A DNA stretch of 64,000 nucleotides from Octopus vulgaris (taxonomy: Eukaryota), in the NCBI GenBank assembly GCA_951406725.2, contig OX597840.1:24304001-24368000 (forward strand), written 5' to 3'. Below, in pieces: positions 1-11,705 of the stretch. The translations under genes were made by a program, and so were the position numbers. The notes under the pieces are model-generated. The model did no database searches. It was not told where the DNA came from and saw nothing but the letters and a program-made list of their open reading frames with translations. The number at the start of each line of letters is the position of its first letter. Position 1 is the first letter of the stretch.

Positions 1-2095
1 GGCAAAGGTGACGCTCTAGATACAAATAACTACAGGGGTATCAAGCTGCTGGATCAGGTAATGAAGGTTACGGAGAGGGTTATAGCCCAACTAATTAGAG
101 AGAGAGTTAGCTTAGATCAGATGCAGTTTGGGTTCGTGCCAGGGAAAAGTACTACTGATGCTATATTCCTGGTAAGACAGCTGCAGGAGAAATACCTAGC
201 CAAAGATAAGCCCCTGTACCTGGCTTTTGTTGACATGGAGAAAGCCTTCGACAGGGTCCCCGATCCCTTATCTGGTGGTCAATGAGGAAACTAGGGATAG
301 ATGAATGGCTAGTGAGAGCTGTGCGAGCCATGTACAGAGACGCTGCTAGTAAGGTAAGGGTTGGCAACGAGTACAGTGAAGAATTCTGGGTAGAGGTTGG
401 GGTCCACCAAGGTTCAGTCCTCAGTCCCCTCCTATTTATCATAGTCCTCCAGGCAATAACGGAGGAATTCAAGACAGGATGCCCCTGGGAGCTCCTCTAT
501 GCTGATGTACTTGCTCTAATTGCTGAGTCACTATCAGAACTGGAGGAGAAGTTCCAGGTGTGGAAGGAGGGTTTAGAATCGAGGGGCCTTAGAGTCAACC
601 TAGCTAAAACCAAAGTACTAATAAGTAGGAAAGTCACAAACGCCTTCAGGTAGATGGCCCAGCTCGATCTGTAGAAAAGGTGTAGGTAGAAACTCTATAA
701 GGTGCACCAAGTGTAAGCTATGGACACATAAGAGGTGCAGCAATGTCAAAGGAAGGCTAACTAGGAAAATAGTTTTTGTCTGTGGCAGATGCTCAGGAGC
801 AATAAACACTGGAAATGTGCAGAGACCAACTTCTACCACGTTTCAGGGAGACAAACCAGAAGTAGTTGATAGCTTCCGCTACCTAGGTGACCAAGTCAGT
901 AGCGGGGGTGGGTGCGCTGAAAGTGTAACTGCTAGAGTAAGAATAGCCTGGGCAAAGTTTAGAGAGCTCTTACCCCTGCTGGTGACAAAAGGCAGACTGT
1001 ATGAGGCATGTGTATGTACAGCGATGCTACATGGTAGTGAAACATGGGCCGTGACTGCTGAGGATATGTGTAAGCTAGCAACAAAAGAAGCCAGTATGCT
1101 CCGATGGATGTGTAATGTCAATGTTCATAATTGACAGAGTGTAAGTACCTTGAGAGAAAAGTTGGACCTAAGAAGCATCAGTTGTGGTGTGCAAGAGAGA
1201 CGTTTGCGCTGGTATGGTCATGTGATGAGAATGGCTGAAGATAGTTGTGTGCAAAAGTGCCACACCCTAGCGGTTGAGGGAACCTGTGGAAGAGGTAGAC
1301 CCAGGAAAACCTGGGACGAGGTGATGAAGCATGACCTTCACACTTTAGGACTCACCAAGGAAATGACTAGAGACCGAGACCTATGGAAGTATGCTGTGAG
1401 TGAGAAGACCCGGCAAGACTAGTGAGACCATAACCCGTGGCCTCTACCTGGTATGTAGCCAGTTGACTTATACATACCTTTCCTTCTTGGGACACAAAAC
1501 TCCACTTGTGAAGACCCGTTGAGGCAAGTGAAAATCAGAATCAAATCAGATATCAGAAGGCAGAACAAAAATCGAAGTCGATCAACATCAATGGAAATTG
1601 CGGCTGTGATACCAGTGCTGGTGACAAGTAAGCGAACCATCCGATCGTGGCCGCCCCGACTGGCCTCCATGCCGGTGACACCTAAGAAGCACCATCCATT
1701 CGTGGCCGTTGCCAGCCTCGCCTGGCCCCCGTGTCGGTGGCACGTAAAAAGCACCATCCATTCGTGGCCGTTGCCAGTGCCGCCCCATCTGGCCTCCGTG
1801 CCGGTGGCACGTAAAAGCACCATTTGTTCGTGTCCGTTGCCAGCCTCGCCTGACCTCCGTGCCGGTGGCACGTAAAAGCACCATCCGTTCGTGGCCGTTT
1901 GCCAGCTCCATCTGGCACGTAAAAAACACTCACTGAACTCGCAGAGTGGTTGGCGTTAGGAAGAGCATCCAGCTGTAGAAACACTGCCAGATCAGACTGG
2001 GCCTGGTGCAGCCTCCTGGCTTCCCAGACCCCGGTCGAACCGTCCAACCCGTGCTAGCATGGAAAACGGACGTTAAACGATGATCATGATGATGA
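1..2095 (+). mobile_element. RTE-clade non-LTR retrotransposon: frameshifted RT region (1-1422) plus 3'UTR ending in (GAT)n
   Basis: Broken ORFs carry QFGFVPGKSTTDAIF, AFVDMEKAFDRV, GVHQGSVLSPLLF, LYADV (decayed YADD), FRYLG, RLRWYGHV and GRGRPRKTW. The 3'UTR has ~62-bp repeats and ends GGACGTTAAACGATGAT. Confidence 0.93.
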
Positions 2096-2172
2096 TATAT
2101 ATACAAATTAAAATCCAGGAAACAGAGAAGTTGCATTAATATAGTTTATTCACTGCAAAAATTCAACATGTA

Positions 2173-2251
2173 CACTTACAGCTGTTTCGATTTTGCTCAA
2201 AAGAAATTCCAATAATTAAAACATTTAATTGGGCAAAATCTCATCAGAGGA
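2173..2251 (-). ncRNA. Hammerhead-ribozyme-like motif of Penelope type; copies at 23932-24010 and 36073-36151
   Basis: Minus strand reads CTGATGA, stem II GATTTTGC...GCAAAATC, GAAAC-AGCT-GTA. Stem III is a palindrome; stem I is weak. Confidence 0.6.
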
Positions 2252-2383
2252 ATGAAAAAGACATATCGTTAGGTTATCACATGTTATTCTTCCAAAACAT
2301 CTCAACAGACTAAAACTTTTTTTTAATTACTAATATTGGTATAAATCTTGACCATTGGGTAACAGGTTGTATAAGGGTAATAA

Positions 2384-3079
2384 TCTTTATATATATAAAA
2401 CTGAGAATGTGTGTCTGTCTGTCTGTGTGTTTCCCTAAAACTTGTGAACTACAGAACCAATTTCATTAGAATTTTACACATGCCTTACTTAGGGTCCATG
2501 TAGTTTCATGGGCAAAAAAAATGTTCAACTTCTTGCCTAGAGCGAGCCCATAGCAATATCATATCTTCTCCACTATTTCAGTATTACATGTTAAAAGTGA
2601 AACAAAAATATTTCTCTATTTTATGTCAGATGCTTTCACTTTAACAATAAAAATAATAATACCAATTGAATTATATGTAGTAAGTAATAATTAAAATCAA
2701 ACTAAAGTATAATATAATCGTAACATACAAAAGTAAAAATAGCATCAATGATTTGAACTTGAATAAGTGGTTTCACATGAATGGGAATAAATTAAAAATA
2801 TAATTAGCGTGCAGAAATGGAATAGTCCAGATGGATAATACAAAATTAAATTAAAGAAAAGACTATTGTCTATAAAGTATACAATGTAGAGAAAAAAGAA
2901 TAGCTAACAATTCCAGTCTGTTATATATTTTGAGTATTGTTATCACTAGCGATATCAAGATATAACTTTATATTTTGCATTTTATGTGTAGATGTATATA
3001 GATATATGTACATGTAATATGTACACATATATACATGCACTAGCACTATGACCCGGCAACGACGGGTCTTTAATGCTAG
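2384..3079 (+). mobile_element. Non-autonomous Helitron; copies at 24142-25335 and 36283-36972
   Basis: A|TC start followed by TATATATAAAA, 3' hairpin GACCCG-GCAACGA-CGGGTC (3050-3068), then CTAG|T; no TSD. Confidence 0.8.
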
Positions 3080-3624
3080 TTGGTAAAAAAATGGTAGATA
3101 GTGAGTTATATTTCTCACTATAATTATTTTATAATGTATCGATTTAATTATTTTTGTAATTTATCTATATCAGTCCAATCAATTTCTTTAACAAAGTTAT
3201 AAATGTGATCACGTTGTTCTCTCATTCATATGATACTATTTTTACTATAACTCACTAATCTAACATTTATTTAATGCGGTTTCGATTCCCAGACCGGGCG
3301 TTGTGTGTGTTTATTGAGCGAAAACACCTAAAGCTCCACGAGGCTCCGGCATGGGGTGGTGGCGATCCTTACTGTACTCTTTCTTCCTGTTTCTTGAGTA
3401 ATGCTGCGATGGACTGGCATCCTGTCCAGCTGGTGGTGTAACACATATGCCACAGAAACCGGGCCCATGAGCCTGGCTAGGTTTGTAAAGGGCGCATAAA
3501 TAAATAAAAATAATAAATATACTGGCATGTAATAAAACTGTGTAAGAGAATAATTTACCACAACTCAATTGCAAGAAGCACTTCCATCAAGTTAAGCTAT
3601 TTATTCGAGAGAATGATTTAATAG

Positions 3625-5280
3625 AGGTGCAGGAGTGGCTGTGTGGTAAGTAGCTTGCTAACCAACCACATGGTTCCGGGTTCAGTCACACTGCAAGGCA
3701 TCTTGTGCAAGTGTCTTCTGCTATAGCCCCAGGCCGACCAAAGCCTTGTGAGTGGATTTGGTAGACAGAAACTGAAAGAAGCCTGTCGTAAATAGATGAA
3801 CATCAATGGAATTTGTATCTCTGTGGTACCAGTGCCGGTGGCACACAAGAAAACCATCCGAACGTGGCCGTAGCCAGTACCGCATCGACTGAACTCCGTG
3901 CTGTAGGCACATAACAAACACCATCCGATCGTGGACGTTCGCCAGCCTCATCTGGCACCTGTCCGAAGACCCGGCAAGACTAGTCAGGCCATAGCCCGTG
4001 GCCCCTACCTGGGACGTAGTCAGTCCACCTGTGCATACCTTCCTTCTTATGACACTTGTGAAGACCTGTTGAGGCAAGTGATAATCTAATCTAATCAAAT
4101 CAAAATAGATGAACATCAATGGAATTTGTATCTTTGTGGTACCAATGTCGGTGGCACACAAGAAAACCATCCGAACGTGGCGGTAGCCAGTACCACATCG
4201 ACTGGCCTCCGTGCTTTGGGCACGTAACAAACACCATCCGATCGTGGCCGTTCGCCAGCCTCATCTGGCACCTGTGTTGGTGACACATAAAAACACCATC
4301 CAAAGACCCGGCAAGACTAGTCAGGCCATAGCCCGTGGCCCCTACCTGGGACGTAGTCAGTCCACCTGTGCATACCTTCCTCCTTATGACACTTGTGAAG
4401 ACCTGTTGAGGCAAGTGTGTGACACTTGTGTAGACCTGTTGAGGCAGAGGCAAGTGTGTGACACTTGTGAAGACCTGTTGAGGCAAGTGTGTGACAATTG
4501 TGTAGACCTGTTGAGGCAGAGGCAAGTGTGTGACACTTGTGAAGACCTGTTGAGGCAAGTGAAGATCAAAATCAAACCAAATCAAAATAGATGAACATCA
4601 ATGGAATTCGTATCTTTGTGGTACCAGTGCCGGTGGCACACAAGAAAACCATCCGAACGTGGCCGTAGCCAGTACCGCATCGACTGGCCTCCATGCTGTG
4701 GCCACGTAACAAACACCATCCGATCGTGGCCGTTCGCCAGCCTCATCTGGCACATAAAAACACCATCCGAGCGTGGCCGTCTGCCAGCCCTGTCTGGCAC
4801 CTGTGTCGGTGGCACATAAAAAACACCATCCGAGCGTGGCCGTTCACCAACCTAGTCTGGCACCTGTGTCGGTGGCACATAAAATCACCCACTACACTCT
4901 CGGAGTGGTTGGCGTTAGAAAGGGCATCCAGCTGTAGAAACACTGCCAGATCTGGCTGGCCTGGTGCAGCCTTCGGGCTCCCCAGACCCCAGTTGAACTG
5001 TCAAACCCATGCTAGCATGGAAAGCGGACGTTAAACGATGATGATGATGATGATGATGTATGTATGTGCATGTGTTTGTGTCTATGTTTGTCCCGCTAGC
5101 ATTGCTTGTCAATCGATGCTGGTGTGTTTACGTCCCCGTCACTTAGTGGTTCAGCAAAATAGACTGATAGAATAAGTACTGGGCTTACAAAGAATAAGTC
5201 CTGGGGTCGATTTGCTCAACTAAAGGCGGTACTGCAGCATGGCCACAGTCAAATGACTGAAACAAGTAAAAGTGAGAGAG
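3625..5280 (+). mobile_element. tRNA-derived SINE (family A) interrupted by a concatemer of RTE 3'UTR fragments (about 3790-5058)
   Basis: SINE head GGAGTGGCTGTGTGGTAAG and tail GACTGAAACAAGTAAAAG flank repeated pieces matching 1405-2095. The paralogous SINE at 25880-26280 is uninterrupted. Confidence 0.8.
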
Positions 5281-5299
5281 AGAGAGAGTAATAGAATTA

Positions 5300-5893
<594 letters not shown>

Positions 5894-8590
5894 TTACTCT
5901 CCTGTGTGAATGTATTTGTGAGTAGTTAAGTTGTGATTTCGAGAGAATGATTTACCACAGATATCACACTGATAAGGTTTCTCTCCTGTGTGAATGTATT
6001 TGTGAGTACTTAAGCTGTGATTATGAGAGAATGATTTACGACAGATATCACAGTGATAAGGTTTCTCTCCTGTGTGAATGTATTTGTGAGTAATTAAATG
6101 ATGATTCAGAGAGAATGATTTACCACAGATATCACACTGATAAGGTTTCTCTCCTGTGTGAATGTATTTGTGAGTAGTTAAGCTGTGATTTTGAGAGAAT
6201 GATTTACCACAGATATCACACTGATAAGGTTTCTCTCCTGTATGAATACGTTTGTGAGTAATTAAATGATGATTCAGAGAGAATGATTTACCACAGATAT
6301 CACAGTGATAAGGTTTCTCTCCTGTGTGAATACGTTTGTGTTTAATTAACTGACAACTTTTAGAGAATGATTTACCACAGATATCACAATGATATGGTTT
6401 CTCTCCTGTATGAATACGTTTGTGAGTGGTTAGGTCACTATTTCTAGAGAATGATTTACCACACATATCACACTGATAAGGTTTCTCTCCTGTGTGAATG
6501 TATTTGTGAGTAGTTAGGTTGTAATTTAGAGAGAATGATTTACCACAGATATCACAATGATATGGTTTCTCTCCTGTATGAATACGTTTGTGTTTAATTA
6601 ACTGACTACTTTTAGAGAATGATCTACCACAGATATTACCATGATATGGTTTCTCTGCTGTATGAATACGTTTATGAGCGGTTAGGTTGCTATTTACAGA
6701 GAATGATTTACCACAGATATCACAATGATATGGTTTCTCTCCTGTATGAATACGTTTGTGAGTGGTTAGGACGCTATTTTCAGAGAATGATTTACCACAG
6801 ATATCACACTGATAAGGTTTCTCTCCTGTGTGAATGTATTTGTGAGTAGTTAAGTGGTGATTATGAGAGAATGATTTACCACAGATATCACAGCGATAAG
6901 GTTTCTCTCCTGTATGAATACGTTTGTGAGTGGTTAGGTTGCTATTTCCAGAGAATGATTTACCACACATATCACACTGATAAGGCTTCTCTCCTGTGTG
7001 AATGTATTTGTGAGTAGTTAGGTTGTAATTTAGAGAGAATGATTTACCACAGATATCACAATGATATGGTTTCTCTCCTGTATGAATACGTTTGTGTTTA
7101 ATTAACTGACTACTTTTAGAGAATGATCTACCACAGATATTACCATGAAATGGTTTCTCTGCTGTATGAATACGTTTATGAGCGGTTAGGACGCTATTTT
7201 CAGAGAATGATTTACCACAGATATCACACTGATAAGGTTTCTCTCCTGTGTGAATGTATTTGTGAGTAGTTAAGTGCTGATTATGAGAGAATGATTTACC
7301 ACAGATATCACAGCGATAAGGTTTCTCTCCTGTATGAATACGTTTGTGAGTGGTTAGGTTGCTATTTCCAGAGAATGATTTACCACAGATATCACACGCA
7401 TATGGTTTCTCTCCTGTATGAATACGTTTGTGAGTAATTAAATGATGATTCTGAGAGAATGATTTACCACAGATATCACACTGATAAGGTTTCTCTCCTG
7501 TGTGAATGTATTTGTGAGTAGTTAGGTTTTGATTCTGAGAGAATGATTCCCCACAGATATCACACTGATAAGGTTTCTCTCCTGTGTGAATGTATTTGTG
7601 TTTAGTTAGGTTTTGATTCTGAGAGAATGATTTAGCACAGATATCACACTGATAAGGTTTCTCTTCTGTATGAATGTATTTGTGAGTAGTTAAGTAATGA
7701 TTTCGAGAGAATGATTTACCACAGATATCACAGTGATATGGTTTCTCTCCTGTGTGAATGTATTTGTGAGTGGTTAGGTCGCTATTTCTAGAGAATGATT
7801 TACCACAGATATCACACGCATATGGTTTCTCTCCTGTATGAATACGTTTGTGAGTGGTTAGGTCGCCATTTTTAGAGAATGATTTACCACAGATATCACA
7901 ATGATATGGTTTCTCTCCTGTGTGAATGTATTTGTGAGAGGTTAGGTCGCTATTTCTAGAGAATGATTTACCACAGATATCACACTGATAAGGTTTCTCT
8001 CCTGTGTGAATGTATTTGTGAGTAGTTAAGTAATGATTTCGAGAGAATGATTTACCACAGATATCACAGTGATATGGTTTCTCTCCTGTGTGAATACGTT
8101 TGTGTTCAATTAACTGACTACTTTTAGAGAATGATTCACCACAGATATCACAATGAAATGGTTTCTCTCCTGTATGAATACGTTTGTGAGTGGTTAGGTC
8201 GCAATTTCTAGAGAATGATTTACCACAGATATCGCAATGATGTGACTTAACCACAATGTGGATGCATTTGTGAATAGCTAAGCTATGATTCTGTGAGAAT
8301 GATTTACCACAGGTATTACAGCGATACAACTCGACACCTGCGTGAATGTGTTTATGTGTGGTCAAACGAACCTTTTCAGAGAATGATTTACCACAGATGT
8401 CACAGTGATAGAGATCCTCTCCTGCATGGAAACATTTGTGAATCGTCTGTTCATCTTTGAGAAAGAAGGACTTGTTGCAGACATCACAGTGAAATGATGT
8501 TTTCTCTTCTTCTGTTTCATCTTCAGTAAAATCAATCCTTAACGACTGTGTATTACAATTAACCTCATTATCACGTAATTCATTTTCCAT
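5894..8590 (-). CDS. Tandem C2H2 zinc-finger protein U1, 898 aa, 31 finger units (2 with Cys-to-Gly loss)
   Basis: Single ORF of 28-aa CDICGKSFS[12 protein letters not shown] repeats after a short acidic N-terminus; no KRAB, SCAN or BTB motif visible. Confidence 0.95.
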   Translation of the reverse strand: MENELRDNEVNCNTQSLRIDFTEDETEEEKTSFHCDVCNKSFFLKDEQTIHKCFHAGEDLYHCDICGKSFSEKVRLTTHKHIHAGVELYRCNTCGKSFSQNHSLAIHKCIHIVVKSHHCDICGKSFSRNCDLTTHKRIHTGEKPFHCDICGESFSKSSQLIEHKRIHTGEKPYHCDICGKSFSRNHYLTTHKYIHTGEKPYQCDICGKSFSRNSDLTSHKYIHTGEKPYHCDICGKSFSKNGDLTTHKRIHTGEKPYACDICGKSFSRNSDLTTHKYIHTGEKPYHCDICGKSFSRNHYLTTHKYIHTEEKPYQCDICAKSFSQNQNLTKHKYIHTGEKPYQCDICGESFSQNQNLTTHKYIHTGEKPYQCDICGKSFSQNHHLITHKRIHTGEKPYACDICGKSFSGNSNLTTHKRIHTGEKPYRCDICGKSFSHNQHLTTHKYIHTGEKPYQCDICGKSFSENSVLTAHKRIHTAEKPFHGNICGRSFSKSSQLIKHKRIHTGEKPYHCDICGKSFSLNYNLTTHKYIHTGEKPYQCDMCGKSFSGNSNLTTHKRIHTGEKPYRCDICGKSFSHNHHLTTHKYIHTGEKPYQCDICGKSFSENSVLTTHKRIHTGEKPYHCDICGKSFSVNSNLTAHKRIHTAEKPYHGNICGRSFSKSSQLIKHKRIHTGEKPYHCDICGKSFSLNYNLTTHKYIHTGEKPYQCDMCGKSFSRNSDLTTHKRIHTGEKPYHCDICGKSFSKSCQLIKHKRIHTGEKPYHCDICGKSFSLNHHLITHKRIHTGEKPYQCDICGKSFSQNHSLTTHKYIHTGEKPYQCDICGKSFSLNHHLITHKYIHTGEKPYHCDICRKSFSHNHSLSTHKYIHTGEKPYQCDICGKSFSRNHNLTTHKYIHTGE

Positions 8591-8667
8591 TATTTTTCTC
8601 CTCTCACCACAAAGTCCAAATGTTTTTCTTTTTTTTTATATTCTATTCCCCAGTTATTTCTGTTGCT

Positions 8668-8865
8668 TGAAATGCTTAGTGGTATTTCGTCTGTCTTTTC
8701 GTTCTGAGTTCAAATTCCACCGAGGTCGACTTTGCCATTCATCCTTTCAGGGTCAATAAATAAAGTACCAGTTTCACACTGGGGTAGATATAATCAACTT
8801 AATCCCTTTGTCTGTCCTTGTTTGTCCCCTCTATGTTTAGCCCCCTAGTGGGCAATAAAGAAATA
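8668..8865 (+). mobile_element. SINE (family C) in the ZNF 5'UTR; inverted partner at about 9980-10195 in the intron
   Basis: GAGTTCAAATTCC B-box-like motif and GGTCGACTTTGCC core; recurs at 16760-17175, 29295-29495 and 42260-42455. Confidence 0.75.
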
Positions 8866-9419
8866 TATATTTCCATCAACTTTAATCATTGTCAATATCT
8901 GAGGGGCTGCCAATTCCTTTGCAATCCAGGTTTAATTAGAATACAGGATTGGTTTTCTTGCACCCATTCCAGGCAGTAAAGTACAGAAATGCTGCTAATA
9001 ATCACACACCCAAAGAAAATCTTTTACAATTCTATAATCGAATTATATAAACAGGGTAATATTTCTTCTGCGTAGCATCTTAGTTTCATCTTAAAGAATA
9101 TATCATATATATTCATGATGTGTTCGATGTAAAATCTTCTTTTATGCTAAATATCCTCTCTGATACTCTGAAATAAAAAAGAAATAATATGAGATATAGA
9201 ATATACTTGAAAAGTAAAGATTAAATAATGAAAATTTTATTACGTTTTTATACTGATAAACTGGAGATATAAACCTTTAGCTGGCCAAATAAACTTTAAC
9301 ATGTCAGTCTGACAAACAAACAAGGAGATTATAAGGTAGTCATGGGATGTGCTAAAAATAATAGCTAAATAGCTCTTAAATCACGCAGCAATTTTAAAAA
9401 TTTCGTTTAGGTTTTTGCA

Positions 9420-9866
9420 CAATCCTATGAATTACAAATTCGCAAGAGTTTTCTAAAAATTCCCAAAAGTTTTGAACCAACAAAGAATTTACGATTTACA
9501 TCTGCTGTTTGTTTGTTGAGCGAAGCGGTCTTCCTCCCAGAGCTTGCAAGATGGAAGAAGTCGGAAACGTGGTCCTTTGCTATTCGTAAGACCCGCAGAA
9601 GAGAAAGCAGGTCAGCCCCCCCCCCCCCCCGAGAGCATCGACGGATGGATGAATGCGCATCCAGGCTCGGCGGTTGCATAGGAAGTTGGGGGACAAGAAA
9701 CAGGAAGAAAGAGTACAACAGGGGTCGCCACCACCCTCTGCTGGAGCATCGTGGAGCTTTAGGTGTTTTCGCTCAATAAACACTCACAACGCCCGGTCTG
9801 GGAATCGAACCCGCGATCCTCCGAATGCGAGTCCGCTGCCCTAACCACTGGGCCATTGCGCCTCCA
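9420..9866 (-). mobile_element. tRNA-derived SINE (family B) in the ZNF intron; paralogues at about 18100-18552 and 30250-30488
   Basis: Minus strand GGAGGCGCAATGGCCCAGTGGTTAGGG (A box) and GGTTCGATTCCC (B box); same family as 47115-47502. Confidence 0.75.
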
Positions 9867-9952
9867 CTTACATGGGCTGTATATGAAATACCAGAGGTTA
9901 TTGTGTTAAAAAGAGCAAGGACTAATGTTTACTTTGAAACGGTTGATGATGA

Positions 9953-9988
<36 letters not shown>

Positions 9989-10215
9989 TGCCCACAAAGG
10001 GATATACAAAGAGGGGACAAACAAGGACAGACATAGGGATTAAGTCGTTTACATCGAACCTAGTGCATAACTGGTACTTAATTTATCGACCCTGAAAGAT
10101 GAAAGGCAAAGTCGACCTCAGTGGAATTTGAACTCATAACGTAAAGACACATGCATTTCGCCCGTCGTGCTAATGTTGCTGCCAGCTCGCCACCTTTATA
10201 TATATATATTTTATT

Positions 10216-10305
10216 TTATTTTATAGAAGGAGTTTCTACAGTACTAGAACTGTTTCATTCAGATGAAACAATTCTAGTCCTGTAGAAGCTCCTTCTATAA
10301 AATAA
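10216..10305. repeat. Inverted repeat with 43-bp arms (foldback); copies near 19036-19126 and 43582-43672
   Basis: Arms 10216-10258 and 10263-10305 are reverse complements with 3 mismatches; loop TCAG. Confidence 0.85.
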
Positions 10306-10372
10306 ATTACTTTACTCTGCTATGTATTGAGTACCTTATTTACTGTGGTTAACCCCGACTCAACCCGGGACC

Positions 10373-10407
<35 letters not shown>

Positions 10408-10506
10408 AAAACGGTAAGATAACAAAAGAAAGAAAGAGACCTCAATATTATGTAAATAGAGGAAATTTATCTATAAAATAATATGTTACATTTACTCAAT
10501 AGTCAA

Positions 10507-10567
10507 GATAAAACTCTGAGTTTCAGATGTCGAAGTGGAAATCCACAACACCATCTCTTCGGTTATC
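10507..10567 (-). ncRNA. Variant hammerhead-like motif in the ZNF intron; copies at 31457-31517 and 43927-43987, 3' half deleted in U2
   Basis: GATAA-CCGAAGA-GATG...CATC-T-GAAAC-TCAGA-GTT-TTATC: 5-bp stem I, U4-to-C core variant, one extra T. Confidence 0.4.
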
Positions 10568-11423
10568 TGGCCATCTGAAAAAAACGCAATGAAAAAATAC
10601 CGTTATATAAAGGGAAATTACTGTATTATAATTCTGCGCACGAAAACCAACGTGCGTACTTATACGTCACTATGGAAACGTACACATCTTCACTCGCATT
10701 TTTCGCCAAATATATACAACCTCATACACACACACATGCGTACCGTAAAAGTTCACACATACGTCTATATACGCACAAACACAAGAAAAACCATACTTAA
10801 AGGTAACAGAAAAAAAAACATAAGGAAGTATACAAAGCATAAAAACCACGTTCATATACGGACATGCCCCTATGCACTCATACACACACACACGCCCATA
10901 TATGTACATACTTGCACATGTTTATATACGCATACATACACACGCATATACAAAAATAGAATATATATATGCCCCCCCCCCCCACAAAAAAAAAGGAAAA
11001 ACGTCTATATATATATGTGCATTCTTATGCCCGCACACACATATATATACATGTATAGACACATATATGTATATACATATATATGCACATACACACACAC
11101 AAAAGTTGGCGATTACAAAGGAATTTCACAAGGATCATATATATAGTGGAAGCCGCTTATTGTGATCATTTCCCTACAGCACAGGCCAACACCTAACAGA
11201 TGACGTTAAACAAATATAAAGTCTGAACCAATTAATTTTGATAACAATAACCGGCTGATAACGTTATCCGCTATTCCGATTGACGGCCACTCCATTCCTG
11301 CCCAGCCTACATCAATACACAACAAACTACGGCATTTCTATAAATCGCAGTATTTGCTATACAACGTCTTCAATCAGATCGTATTCCTCTCCAATATATA
11401 TACATATATATATAATAACTTAC

Positions 11424-11530
11424 CCCTGATGCTTAATAAATAAATAAATATTTATTTACTTTCGATTTCGTCTCCAAAGAATTGAGGAAACGTGACAAGC
11501 CGGAAGTAAGGTGCGTCATGTGACTTAGAC
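11424..11530 (-). promoter_or_regulatory. Putative non-coding exon 1 / core promoter of the ZNF genes with ETS motif CCGGAAGT
   Basis: CCGGAAGT at 11500-11507, 20350-20357, 32484-32491 and 44944-44951, about 80 nt upstream of the consensus donor in near-identical non-repeat sequence. Confidence 0.55.
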
Positions 11531-11705
11531 TCTTTAATATATGAAACCACAAAGAGTGCTGTCGACACAAAACCGAAACTAAGAAGGAAGGGGGAACGTA
11601 ATATTGTTGTTGACTATCACCATGGTTACTGTCTAAGCGGAAGGCGCATGGCTCGGTGGTTAGCGCATCGGGCTATCAATCGCGAGTTAGTGAGTTCGAT
11701 TCCCT

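Larger units (their letters stand above)
9168..11423 (-). other. Putative 5'UTR intron of ZNF U1 (U2 17467-20273, U3 29797-32407, U4 42757-44867)
   Basis: Donor GG|GTAAGT and acceptor TTTCTTTTTTTATTTCAG| are conserved at the same place in all four units. Confidence 0.65.

Noticed and set aside
6619-6849. Antisense ORFs over the ZNF arrays (also 16302, 28596, 41473)
   Set aside because: Shadows of the 84-bp finger repeat with no independent coding signal.
10535-11165. ORFs of 100-200 aa repeated in each unit
   Set aside because: Low-complexity Tyr/Ile/His/Thr translations of TA/CA-rich intron sequence; the frames are not conserved between units.
11642-11705. tRNA gene (also at about 20492, 32623, 45086, 47117, 52075 and 61050)
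   Set aside because: A and B boxes are present but there is no complete cloverleaf or acceptor stem, and they continue into SINE bodies.
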